The notes under the pieces are model-generated. The model made no database searches, was not told the origin of the DNA, and worked only from the letters and a program-made list of their open reading frames with translations. Positions 19,142 through 28,627 of a stretch of 64,000 bases of DNA are shown here, piece by piece. Positions within the stretch are counted from its first letter, which is position 1; every line of letters begins with the position of its first letter. The stretch lies in the IMG/VR virus record IMGVR_UViG_2802428878_000002; one strand, written 5' to 3'. This stretch comes from a virus (taxonomy: Duplodnaviria; Heunggongvirae; Uroviricota; Caudoviricetes). Both the position numbers and the translations under genes were made by a program.

Positions 19142-20086
19142 CTACGAATCTGGTTCATCCTGTGAGCGCTCAGCATTCCGCGCTTGCGCCTCACGGATGC
19201 GTTGAAGTCTCAGTTCGCGCTGCTCTTTTAATTGTGCCCGGTAATGGACCCAATATTGACGTTCGGCCTCGGCATCGGATGGATATACCCAGATCCCTTT
19301 ATGCTCTTTTGAGAAATCATTTAATGCGCCCGCTATGTTAGCGATCTGTTCCGTCTGCTTTTCGACACGGTTCGTCAGATCGTGCAGGGTGTATGTTTTG
19401 ATAAACTGGGTGTCTCGTAGGATATCAAAATCAAGGGTTGACGCAACTTTATATTTTTTTCCGTGGCTATCTTCATAGCGAACTACGACTTCATGTCGTG
19501 ACCTTAGCTCCAGTGCCGCAAATTTGGCAGAATCTATTGTTTTCTGATCGCGGTTCTCCCGAAGCGCATCCATGTATTCTTCACGCTCGACCGCATAGTC
19601 CCACAAAGTGCGAATTTCCTGGTTAGGTGCAAGTATCGAAATTTCAGAGAATTTGACCACGCTCGGACTGCCCTCATTCTGATCATCGGGCGTCCGCCTT
19701 ATTTCTGGAAATGCTTCGATTGTCACGTTATAGGCGGGGGTTGAACCAAAATTCCGTATGACAATATCTAGAAATTGCATATGTTGTGGAGTCGATTCAG
19801 CGAATGCCACGACGTTAGGCTGGGCTTGTTCTTCACGTGTCTGCCGCGCAACTCTAACCTGAAAGTACGCGAAACCAGCCGCGATAGCTGCGACTAGGAA
19901 GGTCGCCCAGGCTGCGATGGCCGACCATGCTCCCGATGTGAGCAGGGTTGCCTGATGCCATAGCCAGCACCCCACTCCACTGAACCATAAGCCCAACACG
20001 GCAATTGCGCCGATGACTGCTATACCTGTAGCCCATCGCCGGACGTTACCTACTCGCGCCATAGATCCCCCTCTGCCGGAAGCCAA
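19142..20086 (-). CDS. membrane protein, hypothetical (two N-terminal TM segments, C-terminal coiled region)
   Basis: Hydrophobic segments IAVIGAIAVLGLWF and FLVAAIAAGFAYF. 314 aa. Confidence 0.55.
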   Translation of the reverse strand: MASGRGGSMARVGNVRRWATGIAVIGAIAVLGLWFSGVGCWLWHQATLLTSGAWSAIAAWATFLVAAIAAGFAYFQVRVARQTREEQAQPNVVAFAESTPQHMQFLDIVIRNFGSTPAYNVTIEAFPEIRRTPDDQNEGSPSVVKFSEISILAPNQEIRTLWDYAVEREEYMDALRENRDQKTIDSAKFAALELRSRHEVVVRYEDSHGKKYKVASTLDFDILRDTQFIKTYTLHDLTNRVEKQTEQIANIAGALNDFSKEHKGIWVYPSDAEAERQYWVHYRAQLKEQRELRLQRIREAQARNAERSQDEPDS

Positions 20087-20148
20087 CTCACGTGGGCCAT
20101 GATCGTACGCGGCATGGATGACGCTACTGAGGGGAATCGCCGAAATTA

Positions 20149-20328
20149 TCAGCGGCCAAGACTCTTGATAATCTCGTCTAATTCGATTCTGTCAAATTTC
20201 AACAGCCGCGTTCCGACGCGATGTGCGGGGATTATCTTCTTGGCGACGTAGCTACGAAGCGTGTTCTTAGAGACGCCGATATATTCGGCAGCTTCGGCTG
20301 TAGACAAATAACGTGTGGGAATAGACAT
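20149..20328 (-). CDS. Excisionase/AlpA-like HTH_17 DNA-binding protein
   Basis: LSTAEAAEYIGVSKNTLRSYVAKKIIPAHRVGTRLLKFDRIELDEII is a classic Xis/MerR-type HTH. Confidence 0.7.
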   Translation of the reverse strand: MSIPTRYLSTAEAAEYIGVSKNTLRSYVAKKIIPAHRVGTRLLKFDRIELDEIIKSLGR

Positions 20329-20644
20329 AAAACGAAACCTTTTTATTCTCAGCGCACCGCGCCCTGGTGCATGGGTTCCGTTTCCCACCAATGAGATTAA
20401 CGCAATTGGTGCCTAAAGGCCATTAATGGGCTTCGATGTGACGCGCCTCTCCCCTACTGCGCTAGCCGAGCCGTGTTGGTGCCTTTGGCACCCGTTGGCG
20501 GAGCGATGCAACCCAGACGACGCCAGGGCGGTGGGGGCCGCTTGGCGATGACAGCAACCCGAGCAACGAACTCGACATAGCCACTGGATAGCCCAAAAGG
20601 CTTGAAAATCAGGGCAATTAGCCCTCTGATCTGCGAAAACAAGG

Positions 20645-20690
20645 TGTGGTCCCGGCTGGGTTCGAACCAGCGACCCCTCGCGTGTGAGGC
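20645..20690 (-). other. tRNA 3'-end-like fragment (T-arm GCTGG-TTCGAAC-CCAGC plus 7-nt acceptor 3' strand): candidate att-site remnant
   Basis: Minus-strand sequence reads ...GCGAGGGGTCGCTGGTTCGAACCCAGCCGGGACCACA. No complementary 5' acceptor strand (GGTCCCG) lies upstream, so this is not a complete tRNA. Confidence 0.4.
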
Positions 20691-20967
20691 GCCTCGTGGC
20701 TCGTCTACGCTCGTCCATTCCGAACGTGCTGGTACAAAGCGTATCACCATTTGTCCAGGTAGAACAGGTTTGTCTAACCCTTACGGGTCATCGGCGGGTC
20801 AACGACGCTGGCGCGCGGATTCTCCAGCCATGAGTCGCGAACGAGAGCTTCCCGGCTGCCGACTCAAACCTGAGTCACTGAGAACACCAAGATCCGAATC
20901 AGCTGTTTCTCGGCGTGTCGGAACCGCTCACTGGAGACCACCACACTCGCCCTAGACGATCAGAGTC

Positions 20968-21264
20968 ATGAGCAACAACGACCCCATTTCCGAGGCGCTA
21001 GGTACTTTGATGCGCTCGGCCTCGCCTGAACAGGTTGAGCAGCTGGCGGCAATATTCCCCACAGCCAACGCGGCACAAGCTGTGTCGGCCACCGATCGTC
21101 CGAAGCTGTATCGCGTGGAAGAAGCAGCCAAACAGCTTTGCATCAGCCGAGCCCATCTCTATGCATTGATTCGGTCAGGGGAAGTTAACGCGGTGAAACT
21201 CGGACGATCCCGACGAATCCCCACGGCTGAAGTTGAACGGCTCCTTAAAGGCAACGCGGCATAA
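20968..21264 (+). CDS. HTH_17 (excisionase/MerR-like) DNA-binding protein
   Basis: LYRVEEAAKQLCISRAHLYALIRSGEVNAVKLGRSRRIPTAEVERLL. Confidence 0.65.
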   Translation: MSNNDPISEALGTLMRSASPEQVEQLAAIFPTANAAQAVSATDRPKLYRVEEAAKQLCISRAHLYALIRSGEVNAVKLGRSRRIPTAEVERLLKGNAA

Positions 21265-21404
21265 CGGGCAATCGTCAGCGCTAATCCGCGCCGCCTTTCC
21301 ACTCAAGAGCCGCACGCCGGCGCTCAGATCCGAGTTCCACCGCTGTATCGGCGTGTCGTCTCGGTCGCGGAGAGCGTAGGGCTGATCACTCCAATACTAC
21401 TGTC

Positions 21405-22397
21405 ATGACGATCCGAGATGGCGTCCAAAGTCGGCGCACAGCAGGCGAATCTGCCTCCCTGGCAGCATCGACCGGAGCTACCTCCGTCGTGATCGCGTTC
21501 CGCGGTATCGGATCGCGCCGCGGATACGCCTATAGCGCGAAGTCAGCCACCGGAATTTGGTCGGGGATCGCAAAGTCCCCGAATCTGCAGACAGCGCTGT
21601 TCGATGTCATCGCGACTGTACGGGCTGCGCAGCCGGCCCTAGCTCACTTACAGGTGCTGGCCTCCACTCGGGTCGTATGGGCGGCTCGGACACAACTGAA
21701 CGCCATCCAGTCGGCGTTGAACGTCACCATAATCAGCGGCGCCGAGGGGTACGTGAGACTGCTGATGGGCGAGGCCGCCCAGGTGCTCGACGAAATCGCC
21801 CCCGTTGCGCCTGAAAAGAAGAAATCCCCCAAACCACGCCCACCTGAGACCTTGCTACCGCCGGTCACAGTGGCCACCGATGGGTCGGTCCGCAAAACGT
21901 CCCTCGGTTGTGGATGGTTGGCAGACAGCGGCGCTTTCGGGTTGCGCGGATTCCAGCATTCGAATCGTATGCATGGAGGATCGAAAGTCTTGATATCGGA
22001 GCTTCGTGGAATCGATGAGGCGTTGCGGCGTCTGGGACGACATGAGCACATCACGCTGTTCACCGACTGCCAAGCAGCGATCACGATGGCCAAGGCCTGG
22101 CAGAGAGGAGAGCAGGTAATGCCTGGCGGCTACATCACCGAGCTTGGAGAAGGCGAAGAGGCGGAACTAGTCTCAGCGTTTCGACGTATCCACCGACTCC
22201 GGGAACGCGTCGAGATCCGTTGGGTGCGCTCTCACAGCGGGGAACCACTGAACGAAGGTGCTGATGCGTTGGCGCGCCTTGCTTCCCGGTATATGCGTGG
22301 AGACAGCGGACTGTCTCGACAGGAATACCGCCAGCGCGCCGCGGCGTTGGCCGAAGCCTTCGCCGGCGCATTCTGTGCCACGACCGCCGCAGCCTGA
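21405..22397 (+). CDS. RNase H-like (ribonuclease HI type) domain protein with an N-terminal domain of unknown function
   Basis: C-terminal half has the RNase H motifs TVATDGS...GCGWL...SELRGIDEAL...LFTDCQAAI...HSGEPLNEGADALA (the D-E-D-D/H series). Confidence 0.7.
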   Translation: MTIRDGVQSRRTAGESASLAASTGATSVVIAFRGIGSRRGYAYSAKSATGIWSGIAKSPNLQTALFDVIATVRAAQPALAHLQVLASTRVVWAARTQLNAIQSALNVTIISGAEGYVRLLMGEAAQVLDEIAPVAPEKKKSPKPRPPETLLPPVTVATDGSVRKTSLGCGWLADSGAFGLRGFQHSNRMHGGSKVLISELRGIDEALRRLGRHEHITLFTDCQAAITMAKAWQRGEQVMPGGYITELGEGEEAELVSAFRRIHRLRERVEIRWVRSHSGEPLNEGADALARLASRYMRGDSGLSRQEYRQRAAALAEAFAGAFCATTAAA

Positions 22398-22409
22398 AAG
22401 GACCCACGC

Positions 22410-23012
22410 ATGAGCATCAAGACCCACGAGATCTCCAATCGACTCCGACAGCTCGGCGATGCTCCGATCCGAAAGCTGGTGCCAGCAGCCACGGCGGTAG
22501 CCGTGTTCTCTCTCGGCGCGATTAGCGGTGCGGCCTACATGCAGCTCCGTGATGACCGTGTCGCGCATTCGTCATCGGCCACGAGCACGGTGTCAGATGG
22601 GGAATTGAAATACGCATTTCTGGTGAATGGGTTGCGGAGCCGTGATCTTGGTGAGAAGCGCGATCGGGCAGTGACCAATCTGCGCGCGGCTCGCACACAG
22701 ACATCGAAATCGCTCTCCGCTGCCTGCCGCGATCCACGCGCGCTACAAGAGCCAGTCACCGGGACCACCACCGCGACAGAGAGCGCGCTGTACGACGTCG
22801 AACGCTACGACGCGGCTCTGCATGAATACGGCACGCCGGCAGACCCTCTGATGACCTACCGCCCGGTAGGTCTATACACCCGTGACGGTGCGAAGCTGGC
22901 CTACTTCACCGACGGATCCGGCCGAGTACAACGAGATCCTGCACTCGACGGAAAAACGTCGCTATACCAACTGGATTGGTGCCGGTCCCTGCGCGACTTC
23001 AACGCGGGATAG
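22410..23012 (+). CDS. membrane-anchored hypothetical protein
   Basis: N-terminal TM (AATAVAVFSLGAISGAAYM). 200 aa. Confidence 0.5.
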   Translation: MSIKTHEISNRLRQLGDAPIRKLVPAATAVAVFSLGAISGAAYMQLRDDRVAHSSSATSTVSDGELKYAFLVNGLRSRDLGEKRDRAVTNLRAARTQTSKSLSAACRDPRALQEPVTGTTTATESALYDVERYDAALHEYGTPADPLMTYRPVGLYTRDGAKLAYFTDGSGRVQRDPALDGKTSLYQLDWCRSLRDFNAG

Positions 23013-23114
23013 TTCGATCCCTACTGCTGGCTCTGACCTCTGACCTGATTACCGACAAACAGCGGAACCTCCTGGCGAATATGGTTTACCGCGACCTCGA
23101 TAAGCGCCTGAATG

Positions 23115-23738
23115 TCACGCCCCTCTCCGCTGCATCGACGTCCAGTAGCTCGCCGGAACCATCTTGGCTGAGGCCACTGCCTTCAACAGAACAGTGCGGT
23201 GTTTGGCGGGATCGAAGTCGGACTCGCCGATCACGACGTCGTTAGGCCCCAGCGCCTGAGTGCCAGCAATGCGCACCCGGATCACGCGCAGACCACGTCG
23301 CGCATAGAACCGGTTGCGCATGATGTCCTCTGCGACTTTCTCCGGCGCTCCATGCCAGTGCGCCGGATCGACTTCTACCACCGCGAACGGCTTGCGCAGC
23401 AAGATGTCCGGCGTGAAAAAGCGGTTCTTGCCGGCGCTGTCACGTCCCATACACATCAGCGTCCCCTGCGGATAGGTGCGATACCCGGCATTTTCGAGCA
23501 CCTTGCGCACACGCATCTCGGTCTTGGATGTCGCCGTGGAGCCGCCAAGCGAAAGGTCACCCGGGCGCGCATTGACGCGGTCCATCTTCGGCAGAACCGG
23601 CGGCGTTTTGCGCTGGTGCCACCACATCATCGTCCACACCGCCAGCAGGGCCATCGGCACCACCGGGTGCAGCAGAAACTCTTTCATGACCGAGACCGTA
23701 GGAAGACCCAGCACACACGGGCCGACCGCGGCGCGCAC
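23115..23738 (-). CDS. DUF559/Vsr-like PD-(D/E)xK endonuclease-domain protein with an N-terminal TM
   Basis: C-terminal region MRVRKVLENAGYR...FFTPDILLRKPFAVVEVDPAHWHG resembles the DUF559 endonuclease-like domain. Confidence 0.45.
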   Translation of the reverse strand: MRAAVGPCVLGLPTVSVMKEFLLHPVVPMALLAVWTMMWWHQRKTPPVLPKMDRVNARPGDLSLGGSTATSKTEMRVRKVLENAGYRTYPQGTLMCMGRDSAGKNRFFTPDILLRKPFAVVEVDPAHWHGAPEKVAEDIMRNRFYARRGLRVIRVRIAGTQALGPNDVVIGESDFDPAKHRTVLLKAVASAKMVPASYWTSMQRRGA

Positions 23739-24244
23739 ACGCCTTGTGGTCGTGCGGCCTAACTGAGCATCGAGCTGTCTCGACTACAGAGCGTGGCGAG
23801 CTTGTCCGGCACATATCACCAGGGAGGAGCCGTCTCAATGCACCGGCGAGAAGTCCGAATTCACTCCACCAGTCAGTACGAGCGCCACTGCCGCGCACTC
23901 GGATACAAACCAGCCGAGATCACCTTGCTCGTGATCGGATTCCACACCGGATGGGAACAGGGGTTTGCGACAAGTCAGAGTGAATTGCCGACATCGCAAC
24001 TAGGTACCGCAGACCACTAGCGCGCGGTTCACCAGTACTCCCCTCGTGCGTCCTCCCGATCCCCGCACATTCCCAAATCCGAATCGGGGTGCATAGGGGC
24101 ACGGTCCATCTCGGACATCGAAGCTCGAGCTGCTCGCGCCTCTTCGCGCTCAGCGGCATACGGGTCGTCCATCTTGTTCTCCTGTTGTTCGGTCGAATTG
24201 CGGTCGTTGAGCCGCAGCGTCTCGGCGTTTGGGGCGCGTTCGGG

Positions 24245-24481
24245 TTATCCCCCACCTCCGGCCTCATAAGCGAGGCCGAGAGCCTTAAGCGCAGTGAGCG
24301 CTTGACCTTCGTCTTTCACTACGAAGTCCTCAAGATGTTCAGCGATACCGTGCGACCGAACACGCCACCCTTCCGATCCGCCTACGACGGTTTCACCCTT
24401 GGCATACGCCAGGCAGTCGGTGCCGGAACCCGCAACATAGAGGCGATACTCGTTGTCCGCCTGGGTGATGAGGTGACTCAT
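24245..24481 (-). CDS. small hypothetical protein; second gene of a two-gene operon (possible toxin-antitoxin-like pair)
   Basis: Overlaps the upstream gene by 4 bp. 78 aa. Confidence 0.4.
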   Translation of the reverse strand: MSHLITQADNEYRLYVAGSGTDCLAYAKGETVVGGSEGWRVRSHGIAEHLEDFVVKDEGQALTALKALGLAYEAGGGG

Positions 24482-24660
24482 GCCGCACCGGCCTGTTCAG
24501 TGCGGAGCTGACGCTGAAGGCGCATCAGCGACCTGGTCGTGTCATACACAGACTCTGGGTAGCCGCGCTCGTCCACCAACTTGCCCGCGATGGAAACGAC
24601 CTCTCGCGGTGTCGAGGTCGCGGTGAAGCCAAGTTCGACAGCGTTCTCACAAAGTTCCAT
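24478..24660 (-). CDS. small hypothetical protein; first gene of the two-gene operon, with the palindromic motif 17 bp upstream
   Basis: ATG at 24658-24660 preceded by AAGGTGGGG. 60 aa. Confidence 0.4.
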   Translation of the reverse strand: MELCENAVELGFTATSTPREVVSIAGKLVDERGYPESVYDTTRSLMRLQRQLRTEQAGAA

Positions 24661-24677
24661 TACCCCACCTTTTCGAT

Positions 24678-24695
24678 TTCTCTATTTTAGAGAAT
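24678..24695. promoter_or_regulatory. Palindromic 18-bp motif TTCTCTATTTTAGAGAAT, copy 1 of 4, upstream of the 24660 gene
   Basis: Read directly. The half-sites TTCTCTA / TAGAGAA are perfectly inverted. Confidence 0.5.
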
Positions 24696-24973
24696 AGATG
24701 ATTGGGGTGACATGCCGTCCAGGGGCACGCGACACGCCGAGAGTCGTCAGTTCATCCGATTAGGTCCGATCGCAATTTGGAAGTACCTTCCCAACGGGGC
24801 CAGAACTGCTCCCGCGCCTGGACTCTCGACCAGCTCCGCTCCCCGGCGGCGGCTGACGAGAATCCGCAAGGGCCGAAGAACCTCGTGAAGGTCGCGTTCT
24901 GCGTTGCTCTCCCCTTTTCGTGGCGGGCGCGGGCCGGGGACGCACCGCTCGACGGAAAGGGAGGTCTCCTCTC

Positions 24974-26329
24974 ATGGCATCTGCCACCAATCGCACCGAA
25001 ATGCTGGCCAAGGCGCTCATGCGTGCTCGGCTGGATTTCACGCTGCACAACGCCCGTGTCTTCGCTCGTGCCGTTATCGACGCTCCGGAAAGCGTGTTCG
25101 GCGCCAAGCCGTTGCGGTTCCTACCGAACGACACCGACGGTGATGGCCCCGTCCGGCTCGTACTGGACGAGTTCGCGCAATCCGCGATCCCGCATCGGGA
25201 TGTCTTCGGTGCTGAAGTTCTGGGCACGGTACCTCAACCTGCGCCGCGGCCGCTGCCAGATCCTTTGGGAGATTGGGCCACCAGGCAACGCGAGTTCAAT
25301 CGCCACTGCATACCGGTCCCCGCCGGCGCAGCATTCTTTCGGAACGTTGAAGACGTGCCCGGGTCACTCGCCCCTGTTTCTCCAGCCGAGGCGAAGCCGG
25401 GCGACATCGTCACGGTCCTGGGCGGTGGCCACGGACTCTATGTCGGCAACGGCCAGATGCAGGTGCCCTCCACTGCACCAACGAAGTCAACCGCGGCCGA
25501 ATACGACCCGTCGAAGCCCAACCATTTCTTCGTTGACGCGCTCGGCGACCCGGACACCTGCCGCGGGAATCACAACCACCTCGAGCAGACCAACGAAACC
25601 CACATCAGCATCGCGGTCCAGTTGGAATGCGAGATGAAACTTCTCTCGCCACCTTCACCGCATCCGTTGCCCACCGCTACCCCTAGTGCGCGCGAGCGCG
25701 CGGCGTTTCCACTCGGGGTGGGTGCTACCGGTGAGCCAGTCACCTACAGCCCCGCCGCGGATGGCCACTTGCTGGTATTCGGCGGCGCAGGCCGCGGTAA
25801 ATCGATGTTGGTTCGAGGGTTGGTCCGGGACGCGCTAGCCACTAACTGGTGGGGTGCCAGACACCTTAATTCGCGGAAAGATCCGGACGCGGTTCTCGAC
25901 CAAATCAGGGGAATTCACGCAGAGATAGAGATACGCCGTGCCAGTCCGAAGCTCCACAAGCCCGAGCTTTTGGCGCTTGACGACGCACTGTGGGCTTACT
26001 TCGATGCGGCACAACGCGAGGAGCTACACGCCCTAGTCACAGAACTGCTGTCCACTGGCCGCGAACTGGGTCTCCACCTGGTGCTGGTCACCCTGACACT
26101 GGACAACGAGGAGAGATTCCCGTCTCGGTGGCTCGACTTGTGCTCGACGGTGCTGCTGACCTCCAAGCCAACCCACGACGACGCGGTAACGGTCATGGGC
26201 GATGATGCGGCTCAGCTTCCGCCATCGGGATGGGACGGCTCTGGAAAGATGCTGCTGGCTCGCCGCTTGACCGGTGTATCGAGACCGCTACGCGCGTACA
26301 CGCAAGCCGACAAGTACGAGGGGTACTGA
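24974..26329 (+). CDS. Two-domain protein: divergent NlpC/P60-like region fused to a FtsK/SpoIIIE/TraB-like P-loop ATPase
   Basis: PGDIVTVLGGGHGLYVGNGQMQV resembles NlpC/P60 (GDLVFF..HVGIYxGNGQMIHA). C-terminal Walker A LVFGGAGRGKSM and Walker B LHLVLVTLTLD. Start chosen at the ATG after AAGGGAGG. Confidence 0.6.
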   Translation: MASATNRTEMLAKALMRARLDFTLHNARVFARAVIDAPESVFGAKPLRFLPNDTDGDGPVRLVLDEFAQSAIPHRDVFGAEVLGTVPQPAPRPLPDPLGDWATRQREFNRHCIPVPAGAAFFRNVEDVPGSLAPVSPAEAKPGDIVTVLGGGHGLYVGNGQMQVPSTAPTKSTAAEYDPSKPNHFFVDALGDPDTCRGNHNHLEQTNETHISIAVQLECEMKLLSPPSPHPLPTATPSARERAAFPLGVGATGEPVTYSPAADGHLLVFGGAGRGKSMLVRGLVRDALATNWWGARHLNSRKDPDAVLDQIRGIHAEIEIRRASPKLHKPELLALDDALWAYFDAAQREELHALVTELLSTGRELGLHLVLVTLTLDNEERFPSRWLDLCSTVLLTSKPTHDDAVTVMGDDAAQLPPSGWDGSGKMLLARRLTGVSRPLRAYTQADKYEGY

Positions 26330-26357
26330 CCCTGAGGGGCGACGTCATGTCCCCGGG

Positions 26358-27155
26358 CTAGAGCTCCTTGACGATCCTGATCTCGCCGGGAAGTGGTTCG
26401 GAGTCGACCAGCCGTGTGTCCAGCATGATCGCTACAGAGGCGTTCTGTCGGCGCAGAGCTTCAGCCCTGTGCTGTCCGTTGCCAAAGCGTGGCGGCTCAT
26501 CCGGCTCAACAATGAGTCGGATGGGCTTGCGCCAAAACGACTGTGCGGCTTTCGCGAGGTCGCCCGGAACATGTGCTGGAAGGTCGGGCGGGAACTTCGA
26601 TCCGGACGACAGACACTCCGCAGCCAGGGACACTGCGGCCGCCCAGTCAACGGCCATGAACTTGTTCATATCGCGGAACAGATCGCCCTCCGGGAGTTCA
26701 CACACTGCGACCTTCCGAAGAACCTCCAAGTGCGTGACTGGCGGATCTTGCAACGGAACGAAGCCAATCCCTTCATCCCATTCGGCTCCGAGCTGATTCA
26801 GCACAATGAGGTCGTGCTGGGAAATGTCGGTGAGACCCAGATACCTTCCGTCAGTGTCGAACTCAGTGATGATTACTTCCCGCTCCGCATCGAACGCCGC
26901 CTTCGAACCTAACAGGTTGAAGATCACGACGGGTGGATGATGTGCATCTGAGAAGAACTCTCGCCATGCGGCCGAGCGATACTCCGCGGCGGCGAAGTCG
27001 GGGCTCGCGTCGACGTCCCCATCGCGGAGCGTGATCAACGCGATGTCGCGCCCTTCCCGATCGCGGAAAGTCTGAATACGCGCAGTGCCGCTGCCGTATT
27101 GATGGCTAGTCACCCACATGTGTACGTCGGCGCGTCGACCCGGTGCGATGTCCAT
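26358..27155 (-). CDS. hypothetical protein with a C-terminal ParB/DGQHR-like motif (FGNGQHRAEALRRQ)
   Basis: Last gene of a three-gene minus-strand operon. The motif resembles the ParB GxRR / DGQHR box. Confidence 0.5.
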   Translation of the reverse strand: MDIAPGRRADVHMWVTSHQYGSGTARIQTFRDREGRDIALITLRDGDVDASPDFAAAEYRSAAWREFFSDAHHPPVVIFNLLGSKAAFDAEREVIITEFDTDGRYLGLTDISQHDLIVLNQLGAEWDEGIGFVPLQDPPVTHLEVLRKVAVCELPEGDLFRDMNKFMAVDWAAAVSLAAECLSSGSKFPPDLPAHVPGDLAKAAQSFWRKPIRLIVEPDEPPRFGNGQHRAEALRRQNASVAIMLDTRLVDSEPLPGEIRIVKEL

Positions 27156-27232
27156 GAATCAAGCTCAACACGGAACCGTGCCGGATTGTGCGTCATCGAC
27201 CGCCGGCGTGGCGGATCGACGCAGAAGTCCGA

Positions 27233-27805
27233 CTAGCCCGAGCCAGAACGAAACAACCGGCGCAATCGCTGCTGCCATGACCTGCGGCGCTCTTCTGTTC
27301 TCGCCGCATCCATCGTCAGGCCCTGCCGCGGAGGTATGCGAAAGCGCGAAGCATGATCATCGCCCACAGCCAGGAGTTGATCCATCGGAGAGTCGTACCT
27401 ACTGATGATCACCATCGGATCCGACGCGCCGGCGCGGCTAGCCATCTCCTCGGCCATTCGGTGCACGTCATCAATGAATTGGCGCATAGCCGACTCAGGA
27501 TCGTCCACGGGTGGGCCCGCAGCAAAGGTGCTCGGAATGACCTGCATCGGGCCGTGACTCGCGCGCAACTCGTAGTGCTCGTCGATGTAAATCTCTCCGG
27601 CGGGTTCCTCCGATGGTTCGCGTTCCCCTACCGCGTGGCTTCCAGGGCAGCCGCCGCGGGGCAGGCCATGCCAGGGCGCACCACATCGGCATGCCGGTAC
27701 ACGCCCCGGCCTAGTCTCGCCCGCGGCTAGCTGACTGTCGATCAAATCGTCGGCTTCCAGCGCGTTGATCTCGGCGATCACAGCGTCTTCAGGTTTTCCT
27801 TTCAA
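27233..27805 (-). CDS. hypothetical protein (190 aa)
   Basis: Middle gene of the operon. Its start overlaps the upstream gene's stop. Confidence 0.5.
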   Translation of the reverse strand: MKGKPEDAVIAEINALEADDLIDSQLAAGETRPGRVPACRCGAPWHGLPRGGCPGSHAVGEREPSEEPAGEIYIDEHYELRASHGPMQVIPSTFAAGPPVDDPESAMRQFIDDVHRMAEEMASRAGASDPMVIISRYDSPMDQLLAVGDDHASRFRIPPRQGLTMDAARTEERRRSWQQRLRRLFRSGSG

Positions 27806-28515
27806 CGGCGCGCATCTCCCGCGTCGGCGCGCTCAATCACCGTGATCTTCGGCCGCTGCAACACGGTCTGCAACTGGCCTCGGTACATGCCGGTTCCGCA
27901 CACTGTTCCGGTGAGCTTCACACGATCGCCGCGACCGACGTCGTACAGGCAGCCGGCGGTTCCCTTGCACATGAGCACCTGACCAGACTCCAGCATGAAC
28001 ACCACGATCTTCACGTACTCGGTATGGCCGCTGTACCCGGTGCGTTCGAAGCCGGCCGAAACAGTCACGGAGGCCTCCAGGTCGCGCAAGCGTTGCCCTT
28101 CCGATCCGGCTGGAGTGTTGTTCAGGACGGCGCGACGCTCCTGCTCGGCATGCGCTGCTTCCCACGCCCAGTCGAATTCGGCGGCACGTCTCGCGGTTTC
28201 AGCCGCCTGTGCAGCCGCCGCTGCTTCGTCGGCCAGCTGCTGTCCGTGCTCACGGAACAGCGCCTCCACCCTAGCCTCCCGTCGGAACATGGACACGGCA
28301 CGGCTACGTAGAAGGCGTCCGGCTCCGTCGCAGCCGAAGCAGGTTCCACCCGCCTGGCCGGTGCTGGTCCACCAGGTGAAGATTCCGCTACCGCCGCACC
28401 GGCCACATGTCTCGGTCCAGCAGATGCGATCTGTCGCCGCCTTGCCCGGGTAGGGGTCGACATAGGTTTCCACCGTGAATCGGCGCCCCTGGTGAGTGAC
28501 GACAGCAGTACTCAT
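27802..28515 (-). CDS. hypothetical zinc-ribbon protein (CGRCGGSG...CFGCDGAG) with a coiled middle region; first gene of a motif-preceded operon
   Basis: ATG at 28513-28515 lies 14 bp downstream of motif copy 2. Two CxxC pairs. Confidence 0.55.
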   Translation of the reverse strand: MSTAVVTHQGRRFTVETYVDPYPGKAATDRICWTETCGRCGGSGIFTWWTSTGQAGGTCFGCDGAGRLLRSRAVSMFRREARVEALFREHGQQLADEAAAAAQAAETARRAAEFDWAWEAAHAEQERRAVLNNTPAGSEGQRLRDLEASVTVSAGFERTGYSGHTEYVKIVVFMLESGQVLMCKGTAGCLYDVGRGDRVKLTGTVCGTGMYRGQLQTVLQRPKITVIERADAGDARR

Positions 28516-28528
28516 ACGTCTCACTCTA

Positions 28529-28546
28529 TTCTCTATTTTAGAGAAT
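28529..28546. promoter_or_regulatory. Palindromic motif TTCTCTATTTTAGAGAAT, copy 2
   Basis: Read directly. Confidence 0.5.
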
Positions 28547-28627
28547 TTCAATGGAGAAGGGCGCGACCCCGTGTCATCACCTATCGAGATGAGCACCACG
28601 CGCACCCGTTGGGCGTACACATCGGAG

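Noticed and set aside
20600-20760. Possible complete tRNA gene on the minus strand
   Set aside because: Only the T-arm and acceptor 3' strand are present. No complementary 5' acceptor strand (GGTCCCG), D-arm or anticodon arm could be built, so it is kept as a tRNA 3' fragment / att remnant.
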